Of a stretch of DNA of 64,000 nt, positions 1 through 8,697 are shown in pieces; within the stretch, counting starts at the first letter, position 1; the number at the start of each line of letters is the position of its first letter. The stretch covers positions 1-64,000 of the forward strand of contig JBBRLX010000004.1 of assembly GCA_038231135.1 (NCBI GenBank), written 5' to 3'. The position numbers and the translations under genes were made by a program. The stretch is from Candidatus Eiseniibacteriota bacterium. GTDB lineage: Bacteria > Eisenbacteria > RBG-16-71-46. A model generated the notes under the pieces. It worked only from the letters and a program-made list of their open reading frames with translations, ran no database searches and was not told the DNA's origin.

Positions 1-53
1 GTTAAGAAGGTGGTGTTCGACGCCAGCTTCAATCGCCAAGGAGGGCCTTTCAA

Positions 54-345
54 GTGAGCTCAGCTATACAGAGACGCGAGGCGCGGTGCAAGCAGCGAAT
101 CGGGCGGCGGCTACGCCGGCGCAACTGGCGGGCGCAACTGGAGCCGATGTTCAGCGGCCGGAACATCCGCTACGAAGGCAGCGACCGGGTGCGCGGCTTG
201 GGTGCGGGTGGGATCGGCGCGATGCACGCGCCGCGAAGCGGGATTCAAGAAGATCCTGTTGGCGAGGCGACACGGACTTCAGCCAGACGCGACACCTCGA
301 CCGATGGAACGCGACGGGAGCACGGTTCGTGTTCGGGATCGACGT
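54..345 (+). mobile_element. IS1380-family transposase remnant (internally deleted, frameshifted)
   Basis: One frame gives an N-terminus ending PMFSGRNIRYEGSDRVRGLGAGGIGAMH. The next two frames give REAGFKKILL and RGDTDFSQTRHLDRW..RFVFGID. These blocks resemble IS1380 DDE transposases, where they normally lie much further apart. Confidence 0.65.
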
Positions 346-434
346 CTTCGCAAAACTCCCAAGCGCAATTCGGCACGCAAACGAATTTTCCCAAGCATTG
401 CAAAATCCCTTATCTTACGCTGTCGTCACTCATT

Positions 435-585
435 CCCGGCGCGAACGCGCCCGGCACCACCTACACGTATTGCGTGGCCGCCGTGGATGCCTCCAACCGT
501 GAATCGACGCGCGGCTGCGACACTGGTGGCATCAGCGTGCTGCCCGCACCCACCCACGTGGTGGCGAGCGACGGCAGTCGTTCCA
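435..585 (+). pseudogene. Fibronectin type III-like gene fragment
   Basis: PGTTYTYCVAAVDASNRES...LPAPTHVVASDG resembles an FN3 C-terminal strand plus the start of the next repeat. It has no start codon or signal peptide of its own. Confidence 0.45.
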
Positions 586-675
586 TCGGGCGGACAGCGT
601 CCAGCAGGTTCGCTGTCTGGCCGCCGCCGCTCATGTCATTCGTTAGACGGTTCCACATCTCCCCTCAAGGATGGC

Positions 676-1530
676 ATGCAACGTCTTCTGAACCGCATCA
701 CCGGCCAGGGCCAGTGGATATTCGGCGTCGCCATCGTCGCGCTGGGTGTTGAGCACGTGGTGTGCGCGCAGATGGCGGCACAGCCATTCCCTGCCCGGTT
801 TCACGCGATCGTGATTCCGGTCATTCCGTGGGTCCCCGCGCACCGGTGGCTCGCCTACGTGATCGGCGCGGCGCTTGTGGTGGCGGGCTCCAGCATCCTG
901 ACAAGAGTGCGAGCCCGCGGAGGCGCGCTGCTGTTTGGCGGACTTATCCTTGGGTGCGATCTCATCCTGCACGTCCCGCGGATGATCGTGGTTCCGCAGA
1001 ACTGGGGACTGCGCGGGGAGGTGTGCGAGATGCTGGCGCTTGCGTCCGCGGCGTTCGTGCTGGCCGGAACGCTGCCACGCGCGGACGGCACGTCCGTACG
1101 CTGGGGTCGTGCGCTGGCGAATACCGGCCGAGTGCTCTTCGGGATTTCCAGCGTGGTATTCGGCGTCGATCACTTTCTCGCGCTCAATCTCATCGCGAGC
1201 CTTGTTCCAGCCTGGATGCCAGGGCATCTGTTCCTCGCGTCTCTCGCGGGCGCCGTCATGATCGCCGCTGGGCTGAGCCTGTTGACGCAATGGATGGGCG
1301 GATGGGCTGCGTTCGGGCTGGGGACGATGTATTTGTTGTTTGTGCTGACGCTGCATCTGCCTCGAGTGCTCGCGGCTCCGCGGAGTCCGGACGAGTGGTC
1401 GAGTGCGCTCATCGCGCTCGGTATGTGCGGTGCATCGTGGGTTTGCGCGTCAGCGCTCTTCGTAGAACCGCTTCACCTGCCTAGAACTGCCGCCAAACGC
1501 GACACACGCGAAGGATGGGAGACGACATGA
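676..1530 (+). CDS. DoxX-like multi-pass membrane protein (duplicated unit)
   Basis: ATG at 676. About 8 hydrophobic segments in two similar halves (G..IFG.....FG..H, IP.W.P, LH.PR). Confidence 0.7.
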   Translation: MQRLLNRITGQGQWIFGVAIVALGVEHVVCAQMAAQPFPARFHAIVIPVIPWVPAHRWLAYVIGAALVVAGSSILTRVRARGGALLFGGLILGCDLILHVPRMIVVPQNWGLRGEVCEMLALASAAFVLAGTLPRADGTSVRWGRALANTGRVLFGISSVVFGVDHFLALNLIASLVPAWMPGHLFLASLAGAVMIAAGLSLLTQWMGGWAAFGLGTMYLLFVLTLHLPRVLAAPRSPDEWSSALIALGMCGASWVCASALFVEPLHLPRTAAKRDTREGWETT

Positions 1531-1964
1531 CGCCGACGGCTCGTCCAACAACCAAGTCCGCTACCGCGGACATCACCCAGCGCATTCAAGAACTGAAAGA
1601 CTGGAGAGGTGAGACCCTCGCTCAGGTCCGTCAGCTCATCCACGATGCCGACCCCGACATCCAGGAGGAGTGGAAATGGGCGAAGGCGAAGTCTCCAGGA
1701 ACCCCCGTCTGGTCCCATGACGGAATCGTCTGCACCGGGGAGTCGTACAAGCAGGTGGTGAAGCTCACCTTCGCCCGGGGAGCCTCGATCAAAGACCCGA
1801 AGCAGCTCTTCAATTCCAGCCTGGAAGGGAACATGCGGCGTGCGATCGACCTCCGCGAAGGGGAGAAGATCAACGCCACTGCTTTCAAGCAACTCATCTG
1901 CGCCGCGGTGGCGGCCAACTCCGCGGCGCTCGCTCAACGGGCAGCCAGGAAGAAGACCTCATGA
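1527..1964 (+). CDS. DUF1801 (YdhG-like) protein
   Basis: DWRGETLAQVRQLIHDADPDIQEEWKW, GTPVWSHDGIVCTGE and FNSSLEGN.RRAID motifs. ATGA overlap with the upstream stop. Confidence 0.85.
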   Translation: MTPTARPTTKSATADITQRIQELKDWRGETLAQVRQLIHDADPDIQEEWKWAKAKSPGTPVWSHDGIVCTGESYKQVVKLTFARGASIKDPKQLFNSSLEGNMRRAIDLREGEKINATAFKQLICAAVAANSAALAQRAARKKTS

Positions 1965-2146
1965 CATGGCTCCTATGGCTCGGACTCGCAGCCGTCATCA
2001 CCGCGGCGGCTGCCGTCACCGGAATCAAGCCGAAGGGCAGCCAGCACCTCGCTCGTACTCGCATGATGGGAATGGCACGGTTCGCGCTCGTGATCCTGGC
2101 CATCATCCTCGCGTACCTCGCGTTTCGGGCGCGCTCCGGCCGCTAA
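1961..2146 (+). CDS. Small two-TM membrane protein
   Basis: 61 aa with two hydrophobic helices. ATGA-coupled to the previous gene. Confidence 0.7.
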   Translation: MTWLLWLGLAAVITAAAAVTGIKPKGSQHLARTRMMGMARFALVILAIILAYLAFRARSGR

Positions 2147-2161
2147 ATCCGCTGGAACGCA

Positions 2162-2794
2162 ATGCGTGACCTCGGGGCCGACTTCGGCGGCATCGACATC
2201 TACCTGTTCGACCAGTTGCAACGCGGGCGCATCGCTCCCGGCATGCGCGTGCTCGACGCCGGCTGTGGTGGCGGACGCAACCTCGTCTACCTGATGCGCG
2301 AGGGGTTCGACGTGTGCGGGGCCGACGCGAACCCCGAGTCCATCGTTCGGATCCGGGAGCTGGCCGCCCGCTGGGCACCGGCACTGTCGGCGGCCAGCTT
2401 TCGCCTCGAACCAATCGAAGCGATGAGCTTCCCCGACCGCCATGCGGACGTCGTCATCGCGAGCGCCGTCCTGCACTTCGCGCGCGACGACGACCACTTC
2501 CACGCCATGCTCGCGGGCTGCTGGCGCGTACTGCGCTCGGGTGGCCTGTTCTTCGCCCGGCTCGCATCGACCGCGGGTCTTGATGGGTTGCTGCGTCCCC
2601 TGGGCGGGCGCCGGTTCGGCCTGCCGGACGGCTCGACGCGCTATCTCGTCGATGAGGCCCACCTGGCAGACGCCGCGCGGACCTTGGGCGCGGTGCTCGC
2701 CGATCCATTGAAGACGACGCTCGTGCACGGTCAGCGAAGCATGACGACCTGGGTGCTGCGAAAGCCGCACACAGCGCTCGTCGAGGGCGGCTGA
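2162..2794 (+). CDS. Class I SAM-dependent methyltransferase
   Basis: VLDAGCGGGRN motif I, DVVIASAVLHF and LRSGG motifs. Confidence 0.9.
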   Translation: MRDLGADFGGIDIYLFDQLQRGRIAPGMRVLDAGCGGGRNLVYLMREGFDVCGADANPESIVRIRELAARWAPALSAASFRLEPIEAMSFPDRHADVVIASAVLHFARDDDHFHAMLAGCWRVLRSGGLFFARLASTAGLDGLLRPLGGRRFGLPDGSTRYLVDEAHLADAARTLGAVLADPLKTTLVHGQRSMTTWVLRKPHTALVEGG

Positions 2795-2839
2795 CGAGTT
2801 CGACCCATCATCGGCGTCATCGGCGCGTGCTTCCAGCCG

Positions 2840-3292
2840 CTATTTTCTCTTCTTCGACACGACTCGAATGGCTCTCGTCTTCCTGGCGATCTTCTTCGGT
2901 GGGCTCGCAGCGACGTAGTTCCGTAGCCACTGAGCGAAGGCCGAGGCGTCCACGTCCTGCGAGGACAGGTCAAGGACCATCTGCACGGCCTCCGGCTCGG
3001 GCGCGGCAACGACGAATCCGTTCCTCTCCACAAACGTCAGCGCGACGGTGAGTGCAACCCGTTTGTTGCCGTCCACGAATGGATGGTCCTGCGTCAGTGC
3101 CCGAGCGTAGGCCGAGGCCAACTGGAAGACGTCCGACACCCCGCCGTAGGCGAAATGGTTCTTTGGACTGTCGAGGGCGGAGTCGAGGAGGTGCTCAGCA
3201 ACGAATCCTTGAGCACCCCCATGCTCGGCCAGCAGCGCCTCATAGATTGCGAGAGCCGCTCTCTTGGAGATCCACCTGGGCTCGCGCGTCAC
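2840..3292 (-). CDS. doc: Death-on-curing (Doc/Fic family) toxin
   Basis: HPFVDGNKR Doc-type Fic motif. Its start overlaps the antitoxin stop. Confidence 0.9.
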   Translation of the reverse strand: MTREPRWISKRAALAIYEALLAEHGGAQGFVAEHLLDSALDSPKNHFAYGGVSDVFQLASAYARALTQDHPFVDGNKRVALTVALTFVERNGFVVAAPEPEAVQMVLDLSSQDVDASAFAQWLRNYVAASPPKKIARKTRAIRVVSKKRK

Positions 3293-3513
3293 TTCGCGAG
3301 TTCACGAAGCGCGTTCCTATACCTGCTCATCACCCCTTCGGCAATCTTCATCGTTTCGTCGAAGTCCGGATCGTAGGGGGTGATCCTGAGCCCCTCGGGC
3401 GCCTCGGTCAGAAACAACTCGTCGCCCTCGTTCGCACGGAGCACCTGGAGTGCTCTGGCCGGAAGAATGATCCCAAGCGAGTTGCCGATTCTTCTGACTG
3501 TGGTCTTGACCAT
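3289..3513 (-). CDS. AbrB/MazE-type antitoxin
   Basis: VRRIGNSLGIILP AbrB fold and C-terminal YRNALRELAK. GGAGG RBS upstream of ATG 3513. Confidence 0.9.
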   Translation of the reverse strand: MVKTTVRRIGNSLGIILPARALQVLRANEGDELFLTEAPEGLRITPYDPDFDETMKIAEGVMSRYRNALRELAK

Positions 3514-3540
3514 GACGCTGCCTCCCATTCTTTCATACAG

Positions 3541-3569
3541 ATGTTATAACTTGTCGGCAGATGCGGCAA
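3541..3569 (-). promoter_or_regulatory. Putative sigma70 promoter and operator of the toxin-antitoxin operon
   Basis: Minus strand reads TTGCCG-N17-TAACAT. The palindrome GTTATAAC (3543-3550) overlaps the -10 element. Confidence 0.55.
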
Positions 3570-3855
3570 GAACTTGAGTCCGGCGAGTTTCGCGGCGCTC
3601 ACTATCAATATCTTAACCGGTTGTCGGACTTGCTGTTACAAGGATCGCCTCGCCGATCAAGGGGGGGGACCACGTGGGGACTTCGAGCCGCCCGCACAAC
3701 GGGTGAAACCCCCGAGCCACATTCAACGTAATACCTCCGAGCGTTCGTCAGAAGAGACTGGACACGATGGCTGCGGGGCGCATGATCCGCGGCCACGGCT
3801 CGTTGTTCTTTTTAGCCGAACCAGTCGCTCCCCGCGGCGCGGTCAGGGTCATGCC

Positions 3856-4788
3856 ATGGACGAAAGAGTCCGGGGTCGGGACATCATCTCGCAGCTCATC
3901 GCGAATATGCGCAGCCAGGGCGAGGAGCTGCGCTATTCCACGATCGTGCCGGCCGCCTACGACGTCTATCTTCACCGGGCCGACTTCCAGCGCCTCGAGA
4001 GCCTCGCCGGCGTGATCGCCGAGCAGGCCCGGCGTGCGCTCGACGAGGAGCTTGCGCGGCTCAATCGCGGGAGTGCCATCGAGGCGCGCGTGCGCGATGC
4101 GCTCAAGAAACCGCGTCTCCCGCACGAGCGTGCCGGGTCGGCGTGGGAGGTCCGCTTGATCTCGGATCCCAACGACGAGCTCCAGCCCGGCGACATCCTG
4201 GTGGATTCCACGCTGGTCGTCCCGGAGAGCGAGAGTCTGAGCGGCAGCCGCACGCGCCGCATCCTCACCACGCGCCGCGGGGATCGCTCCGAAAGCCGCG
4301 AGGCGCCCGCGACCGTCGCGCCCGCCGCTGCCACGCTACCACCCATGCCAGTTGCGAGCGCAGCGGACCCTCCGCTTCGAGCCGACGCCGCGCCCTCGAG
4401 TGCGCCGGCCGCCACCGCGCACGCCATGGCGCTCGCGACGCTCACCTATCGGGACGAGAACGGCGATCAAGTGTTCCGAATGGAGCAGCCACAAATCGTG
4501 GTGGGACGCGGCGGCCCCGGCTACTGGGTCGATCTCAAGCTCAAGACCGTGCCGGACGTCTCGCGTGATCATCTACGGCTGCGTTACGACGAGCCGGCGG
4601 GGCGCTTCTACATCAAGGATCTGAGCACGCTGGGCACCACCGTGAACGGCGCGGCGATCCCGTCGAGCATCGAGCTGCGTGACGGCGAGAAGGTGGACAA
4701 GGACCTCGAGGTGCCGCTGCCCGCGGACGCCGAGATCGGATTGGCGGGCGCGGTGTTCATCCGCTTCCGCGCCGCAGGCCCGGCATGA
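3856..4788 (+). CDS. FhaA-like protein (DUF3662-like N-domain plus C-terminal FHA)
   Basis: VPAAYDVYLH..D N-domain, Ala/Pro linker, FHA motifs VGR, VSRDH and DLSTLGTTVNG. Confidence 0.85.
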   Translation: MDERVRGRDIISQLIANMRSQGEELRYSTIVPAAYDVYLHRADFQRLESLAGVIAEQARRALDEELARLNRGSAIEARVRDALKKPRLPHERAGSAWEVRLISDPNDELQPGDILVDSTLVVPESESLSGSRTRRILTTRRGDRSESREAPATVAPAAATLPPMPVASAADPPLRADAAPSSAPAATAHAMALATLTYRDENGDQVFRMEQPQIVVGRGGPGYWVDLKLKTVPDVSRDHLRLRYDEPAGRFYIKDLSTLGTTVNGAAIPSSIELRDGEKVDKDLEVPLPADAEIGLAGAVFIRFRAAGPA

Positions 4789-4844
4789 GCACGCGTCCGC
4801 TGCGGGCGGTCACCCGCCGCCGCGGGGGCGAGGTGCGGGCATGA
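4785..4844 (+). CDS. 19-aa coupling mini-ORF (MSTRPLRAVTRRRGGEVRA)
   Basis: ATGA overlap with the FHA gene stop, and its own TGA overlaps the ATG at 4841. Confidence 0.35.
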   Translation: MSTRPLRAVTRRRGGEVRA

Positions 4845-4939
4845 GCCTGCTGTTTTCGTTGCGCTGGCTGCTGCTGCTGCTCCTGGTGGGTGTGGTCGCG
4901 TGGCTCACCAGGCGCTCGTTCAAGCATGACCCTTCCTGA
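4841..4939 (+). CDS. 32-aa single-TM peptide
   Basis: MSLLFSLRWLLLLLLVGVVAWLTRRSFKHDPS. GAGGT RBS-like site upstream. Overlaps the phosphatase start. Confidence 0.5.
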   Translation: MSLLFSLRWLLLLLLVGVVAWLTRRSFKHDPS

Positions 4940-6626
4940 CCGCGTGCACGACACGCGACCGACGCTGGTGCTGCCGCGCGCGGCTGCGCGGCGCACCGCG
5001 ATCCGCTGCGCCGGCGCCACCCACCCGGGGATGATGCGCGACCACAACGAGGATCGGGTCCACGTCGATCCGGAGCGCGGCATCCTGATCGTGGTGGACG
5101 GGATCGGCGGCCAGGCCGCGGGCGAGACCGCCGCCGAGACGGCGCTGCGGTTCCTGCGCACGCGCCTCGAGCGCCAGACCGGACGCGTCGAAGAGCGGGT
5201 GCGCGAGGCAATCGCGGTCGCGAACAACGAGATCGTTCGCCTTGCTGCGCAGAACCCCGCGTGGGAAGGCATGGGTTGCGTGCTGACGCTCGCCGTGATC
5301 GAGGACGGCATGGTCACGGTCGGCCACGTCGGCGACTCGCGGCTCTATCGGCTCGGCGCCGACGGCATCGTCAAGGTGACGCGCGACCATTCGCCGGTCG
5401 GGGTGCGCGAAGACGAAGGCGAGCTGAGCGAAGCGGACGCGATGCGCCACCCGCGCCGCAACGAGGTCTACCGCTCGGTCGGCGCCGAGGAGCACACCCC
5501 GCTCGACGAAGACTTCGTCGAGGTCAGCCGCTTCCCGTTCGATCCCGAGGGCGCCATCCTGCTCTGCAGCGACGGCCTCACCGACCTGGTCTCGAGCGAG
5601 ACCATCGCGCGCATCGTGCGCGAGAATCCGGGCGACGAGCAGCGGACCGCCGACCGCCTGGTCGCCGCCGCGAACGCGGCGGGGGGCAAGGACAACGTCA
5701 CGGTCGCGTTTGCGGCCGGCGAGCGCTTCGCCGACGCACTCGCGGCACCTCGCGAGCGCGGCATCGCACGCCCGATCGAAGACGCAGGGTCGCAACCGTC
5801 CGCAGCACGGCCGCTGCTCGCGCGGCCCGGCTACGCGTTCGCACTCGGCGCCGTGATCGGCGTTGCCGCATTCGCGGCGTTCACGATGTTCGAGGGCGGC
5901 GGGACGCGGGTGCCGGTGCTCGACGCCCTGGGGCCGCCGCACACCCTCAGGGTGGGACACGGACTGGAGTTCACGCGCATCGGCGATGCGCTGGCGGTGG
6001 CGCGGCCGGGTGACACCGTGTCTGTCGCGCCCGGAGTCTATCGCGAGCAACTGCGTCTCCGCGCAGGGGTGACGCTGATGAGCCGCGTCGCGCGTGAGGC
6101 GATTCTCGAGCCGCGCGGTGACACGCCCGCGCCGGTGGTGGGCATCATGGCCGATGGGCTCTCTAGCGGCAGCATCGTCGGATTCCGCATCGCGCCGGGC
6201 GACAGCGCCCCGCTCGACCTCGGCATTCGCGTGAGCGATGCGCGCATCGCGATCGACGACGTCGAAATCTCGGGCGCCCGCGTGGCCGGTGTCGCGTTTC
6301 AGGGCGGCAGCGAAGGGGTGTTGCGCGCGAGCCTGATCCATCGCAACCCGGGCGCCGGCGTCACGATCGCCTCGGCCGCGGCGCCGCGCGTGGCGCACAA
6401 CCTGATCCTCGACAACGGGCGCGGCGCGCGGCGCATCCGCGCCGGCGTCGAGCTCGAGAGCGGCGCCGCTCCGGTGCTGGTCGGCAACGTCATGGCCGGC
6501 AACGCGGCCGAAGGTGTGCGCGGCGTACCGGCCACCCAGCGCTCGGCACTGCTCGAGAACAACGTGTTCGAGGCGTTCGGTCGCAGCAACGGCGCGGGCG
6601 CGACGGGGTCGGGGAGCCATCGATGA
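4926..6626 (+). CDS. PP2C/PstP-type Ser/Thr phosphatase with TM and extracytoplasmic right-handed beta-helix
   Basis: RDHNED, VVDGIGG, GHVGDSRLY, TRDHS, LCSDGL and GGKDNVT motifs. TM segment, then IGDALAVARPGDTVSVAPGVYRE and N..I..N repeats. Confidence 0.9.
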   Translation: MTLPDRVHDTRPTLVLPRAAARRTAIRCAGATHPGMMRDHNEDRVHVDPERGILIVVDGIGGQAAGETAAETALRFLRTRLERQTGRVEERVREAIAVANNEIVRLAAQNPAWEGMGCVLTLAVIEDGMVTVGHVGDSRLYRLGADGIVKVTRDHSPVGVREDEGELSEADAMRHPRRNEVYRSVGAEEHTPLDEDFVEVSRFPFDPEGAILLCSDGLTDLVSSETIARIVRENPGDEQRTADRLVAAANAAGGKDNVTVAFAAGERFADALAAPRERGIARPIEDAGSQPSAARPLLARPGYAFALGAVIGVAAFAAFTMFEGGGTRVPVLDALGPPHTLRVGHGLEFTRIGDALAVARPGDTVSVAPGVYREQLRLRAGVTLMSRVAREAILEPRGDTPAPVVGIMADGLSSGSIVGFRIAPGDSAPLDLGIRVSDARIAIDDVEISGARVAGVAFQGGSEGVLRASLIHRNPGAGVTIASAAAPRVAHNLILDNGRGARRIRAGVELESGAAPVLVGNVMAGNAAEGVRGVPATQRSALLENNVFEAFGRSNGAGATGSGSHR

Positions 6627-8695
6627 GCGTTCGCTATCACAGCGTTGGGCCGTACGAGGTGCTGTCGCGCCTCGGCAGCGGCGGCATGGCCGACGTGCTC
6701 AAGGCGCGCGATGGCCGCGACGGCCGCATTGTCGCACTCAAGATTCCGCGGGCCGACCCCGGCATCCGCGAGGCCGAGCGCAAAGGCGCCCTGCTGCAGG
6801 AGCAGCTGTCCGCAATCGATACCCGCGTGCCCGCGGTGTACGAGATCCACGACTCCGTCGAGGACGAGACGTATATCGCGATGGAATACGTCGAGGGCGA
6901 AGACCTGTCGGAGCGCATTCGGCGCGGTCCGCTCGAGCCGCGCGAGGCGGTGCGCGTCGCGGTCGAGCTGTGCGAGCTCCTGTGTACGGCGCACGGCTAC
7001 ACCCGGAGCGCCAACGGTCACACCCGGCAGGGCATCGTGCACGGCGACTTGAAGCCGCGGAACGTGCGGCTCACGACCGACGGCAGGGTCAAGGTGCTCG
7101 ACTATGGCATCGCGAAGGCGCTGTCCCTGACGCGGCCGCTCACGCGAAACGAGTTCGGCAGCCTGCCGTACTCTTCGCCGGAGCGCATCGAGACCGGCAA
7201 CGTCGACCTGCACTCGGATCTGTGGTCGGTCTCGGTGGTGCTCTACGAGATGCTCAGCGGGCAGCAGCCGTTTCGCGGCGACAGCACGCGGCGTCTCGAG
7301 GAGTTCATCCGCTCGCGTGCGCGTCCCGAACAACTGCCCGAGGGCTGTCCCACCCCGCTGGTGGCGGTGCTGCGCAAGGCGCTGGCGCCGACACTCGAGC
7401 GTCGCTATGCGAGCCCCGCATCACTGCGCGACGATCTCGCCGCATTCCTCGAGGGCCGCGCGACGCTCGCGCAGACCGAGGGCCGGGCGGCGGCGGCGTA
7501 CGAGGCGACGCGGCGCAGCTCACCCTCGGGAAACGGTGCGGCGGTCGGGGAGGACACCCACCGCACGCTGGGCGGGACCGCAACGCAGACCACGCCAGGC
7601 GTGGCGGACACCCGGCGGACGCTCGCGGCCCCCGGTAACGGCGTCGACGCCGCGTCCGACACGCGCCGCACGATCATCGGAACTGCCCGTAACGGCACCG
7701 CCGCCGTGCCGCCTTCCACGCTTGCGCCAATCGCGTCCGTGGCGGCCCCGGCGGCCACGCTCCCCGGCACCAACGCGCGCACGCCCCGCACATTTCGCAT
7801 CCGCTGGCGGTGGATCGCGGTGATCGTGGGTGTCCTGCTGGTGGCGAATGAGGCTCAGGTGATCAACGCCGCCGATGATCTGAAGCACGCGCTTCCCGGC
7901 ACGCCGCGCGGCGAGTCGGAATCGGTGTGGGCGCGCTATCGGAAGCTCGACTCGCGCAGCCTGCTGCGCATCGGCGCGTTCGGCCTGTCGCATGACGTGC
8001 GGAACTGGTTCGTCTCGGCCGCCGACGAGTTGATCGCCGACTACCGCTCCGACACCCCGGTGATTCGCGAGGGCGGCTGGCGAACCGCGATCGCGTTGCT
8101 GAACCATGCCGCGGCGCTGGCCCCCGCCGATCATGCGATCCGGGCGCGGCTCGTCTACTGCCGCGGGCAGCTCGCGCGCATCAACGCCGAGGCCGCCCGG
8201 GGCCGGCAACCGGCCGATGCGCAACGCTTCTACAACGAGGCGGTCCAGTCTTTCGAGGAAGCCGCCGAGCTGAGGCCGCACTGGTCCGATCCAAACCTCG
8301 GCCTGGCGCGCACTTACGTCTATGGCCTCGCGGATCCCGAGAAGGCGCGGGACGCCCTCGATCGCGCGGAACAGGACGGCTACGCGATTTCCAACCGCGA
8401 CATGGCGCTGCTGGGGGACGGCTACCGGCTGCGCGCCGAGCGCACCTGGTCGCACGCGCCCGATCTTCACGATCTGCCACAGGAGGACAAGTACCTCGCG
8501 AGCGCGCGCGACGACTGCCAGCAGGCGCTGCGGCAGTACGAACCGATCCCGGCCTACGGCGAGGTGGGTCGCGACATCCGCAAGGTCCAGGATCTGCTTC
8601 ACAAGCTCGACGCGCGCGCGACGGAGTTGCGCCAGGCCCGGATGCGCAAGGCGGGGCTCGGCTTCCTGACGCCGCTGTTCGGCACGAGCACCTGA
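6623..8695 (+). CDS. Membrane Ser/Thr protein kinase with C-terminal TPR-like domain
   Basis: LGSGGMADV, VALK, HGDLKPRN, DYGIA, YSSPE and SDLWS motifs. TM WIAVIVGVLLV followed by helical repeats. Confidence 0.92.
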   Translation: MSVRYHSVGPYEVLSRLGSGGMADVLKARDGRDGRIVALKIPRADPGIREAERKGALLQEQLSAIDTRVPAVYEIHDSVEDETYIAMEYVEGEDLSERIRRGPLEPREAVRVAVELCELLCTAHGYTRSANGHTRQGIVHGDLKPRNVRLTTDGRVKVLDYGIAKALSLTRPLTRNEFGSLPYSSPERIETGNVDLHSDLWSVSVVLYEMLSGQQPFRGDSTRRLEEFIRSRARPEQLPEGCPTPLVAVLRKALAPTLERRYASPASLRDDLAAFLEGRATLAQTEGRAAAAYEATRRSSPSGNGAAVGEDTHRTLGGTATQTTPGVADTRRTLAAPGNGVDAASDTRRTIIGTARNGTAAVPPSTLAPIASVAAPAATLPGTNARTPRTFRIRWRWIAVIVGVLLVANEAQVINAADDLKHALPGTPRGESESVWARYRKLDSRSLLRIGAFGLSHDVRNWFVSAADELIADYRSDTPVIREGGWRTAIALLNHAAALAPADHAIRARLVYCRGQLARINAEAARGRQPADAQRFYNEAVQSFEEAAELRPHWSDPNLGLARTYVYGLADPEKARDALDRAEQDGYAISNRDMALLGDGYRLRAERTWSHAPDLHDLPQEDKYLASARDDCQQALRQYEPIPAYGEVGRDIRKVQDLLHKLDARATELRQARMRKAGLGFLTPLFGTST

Positions 8696-8697
8696 CG

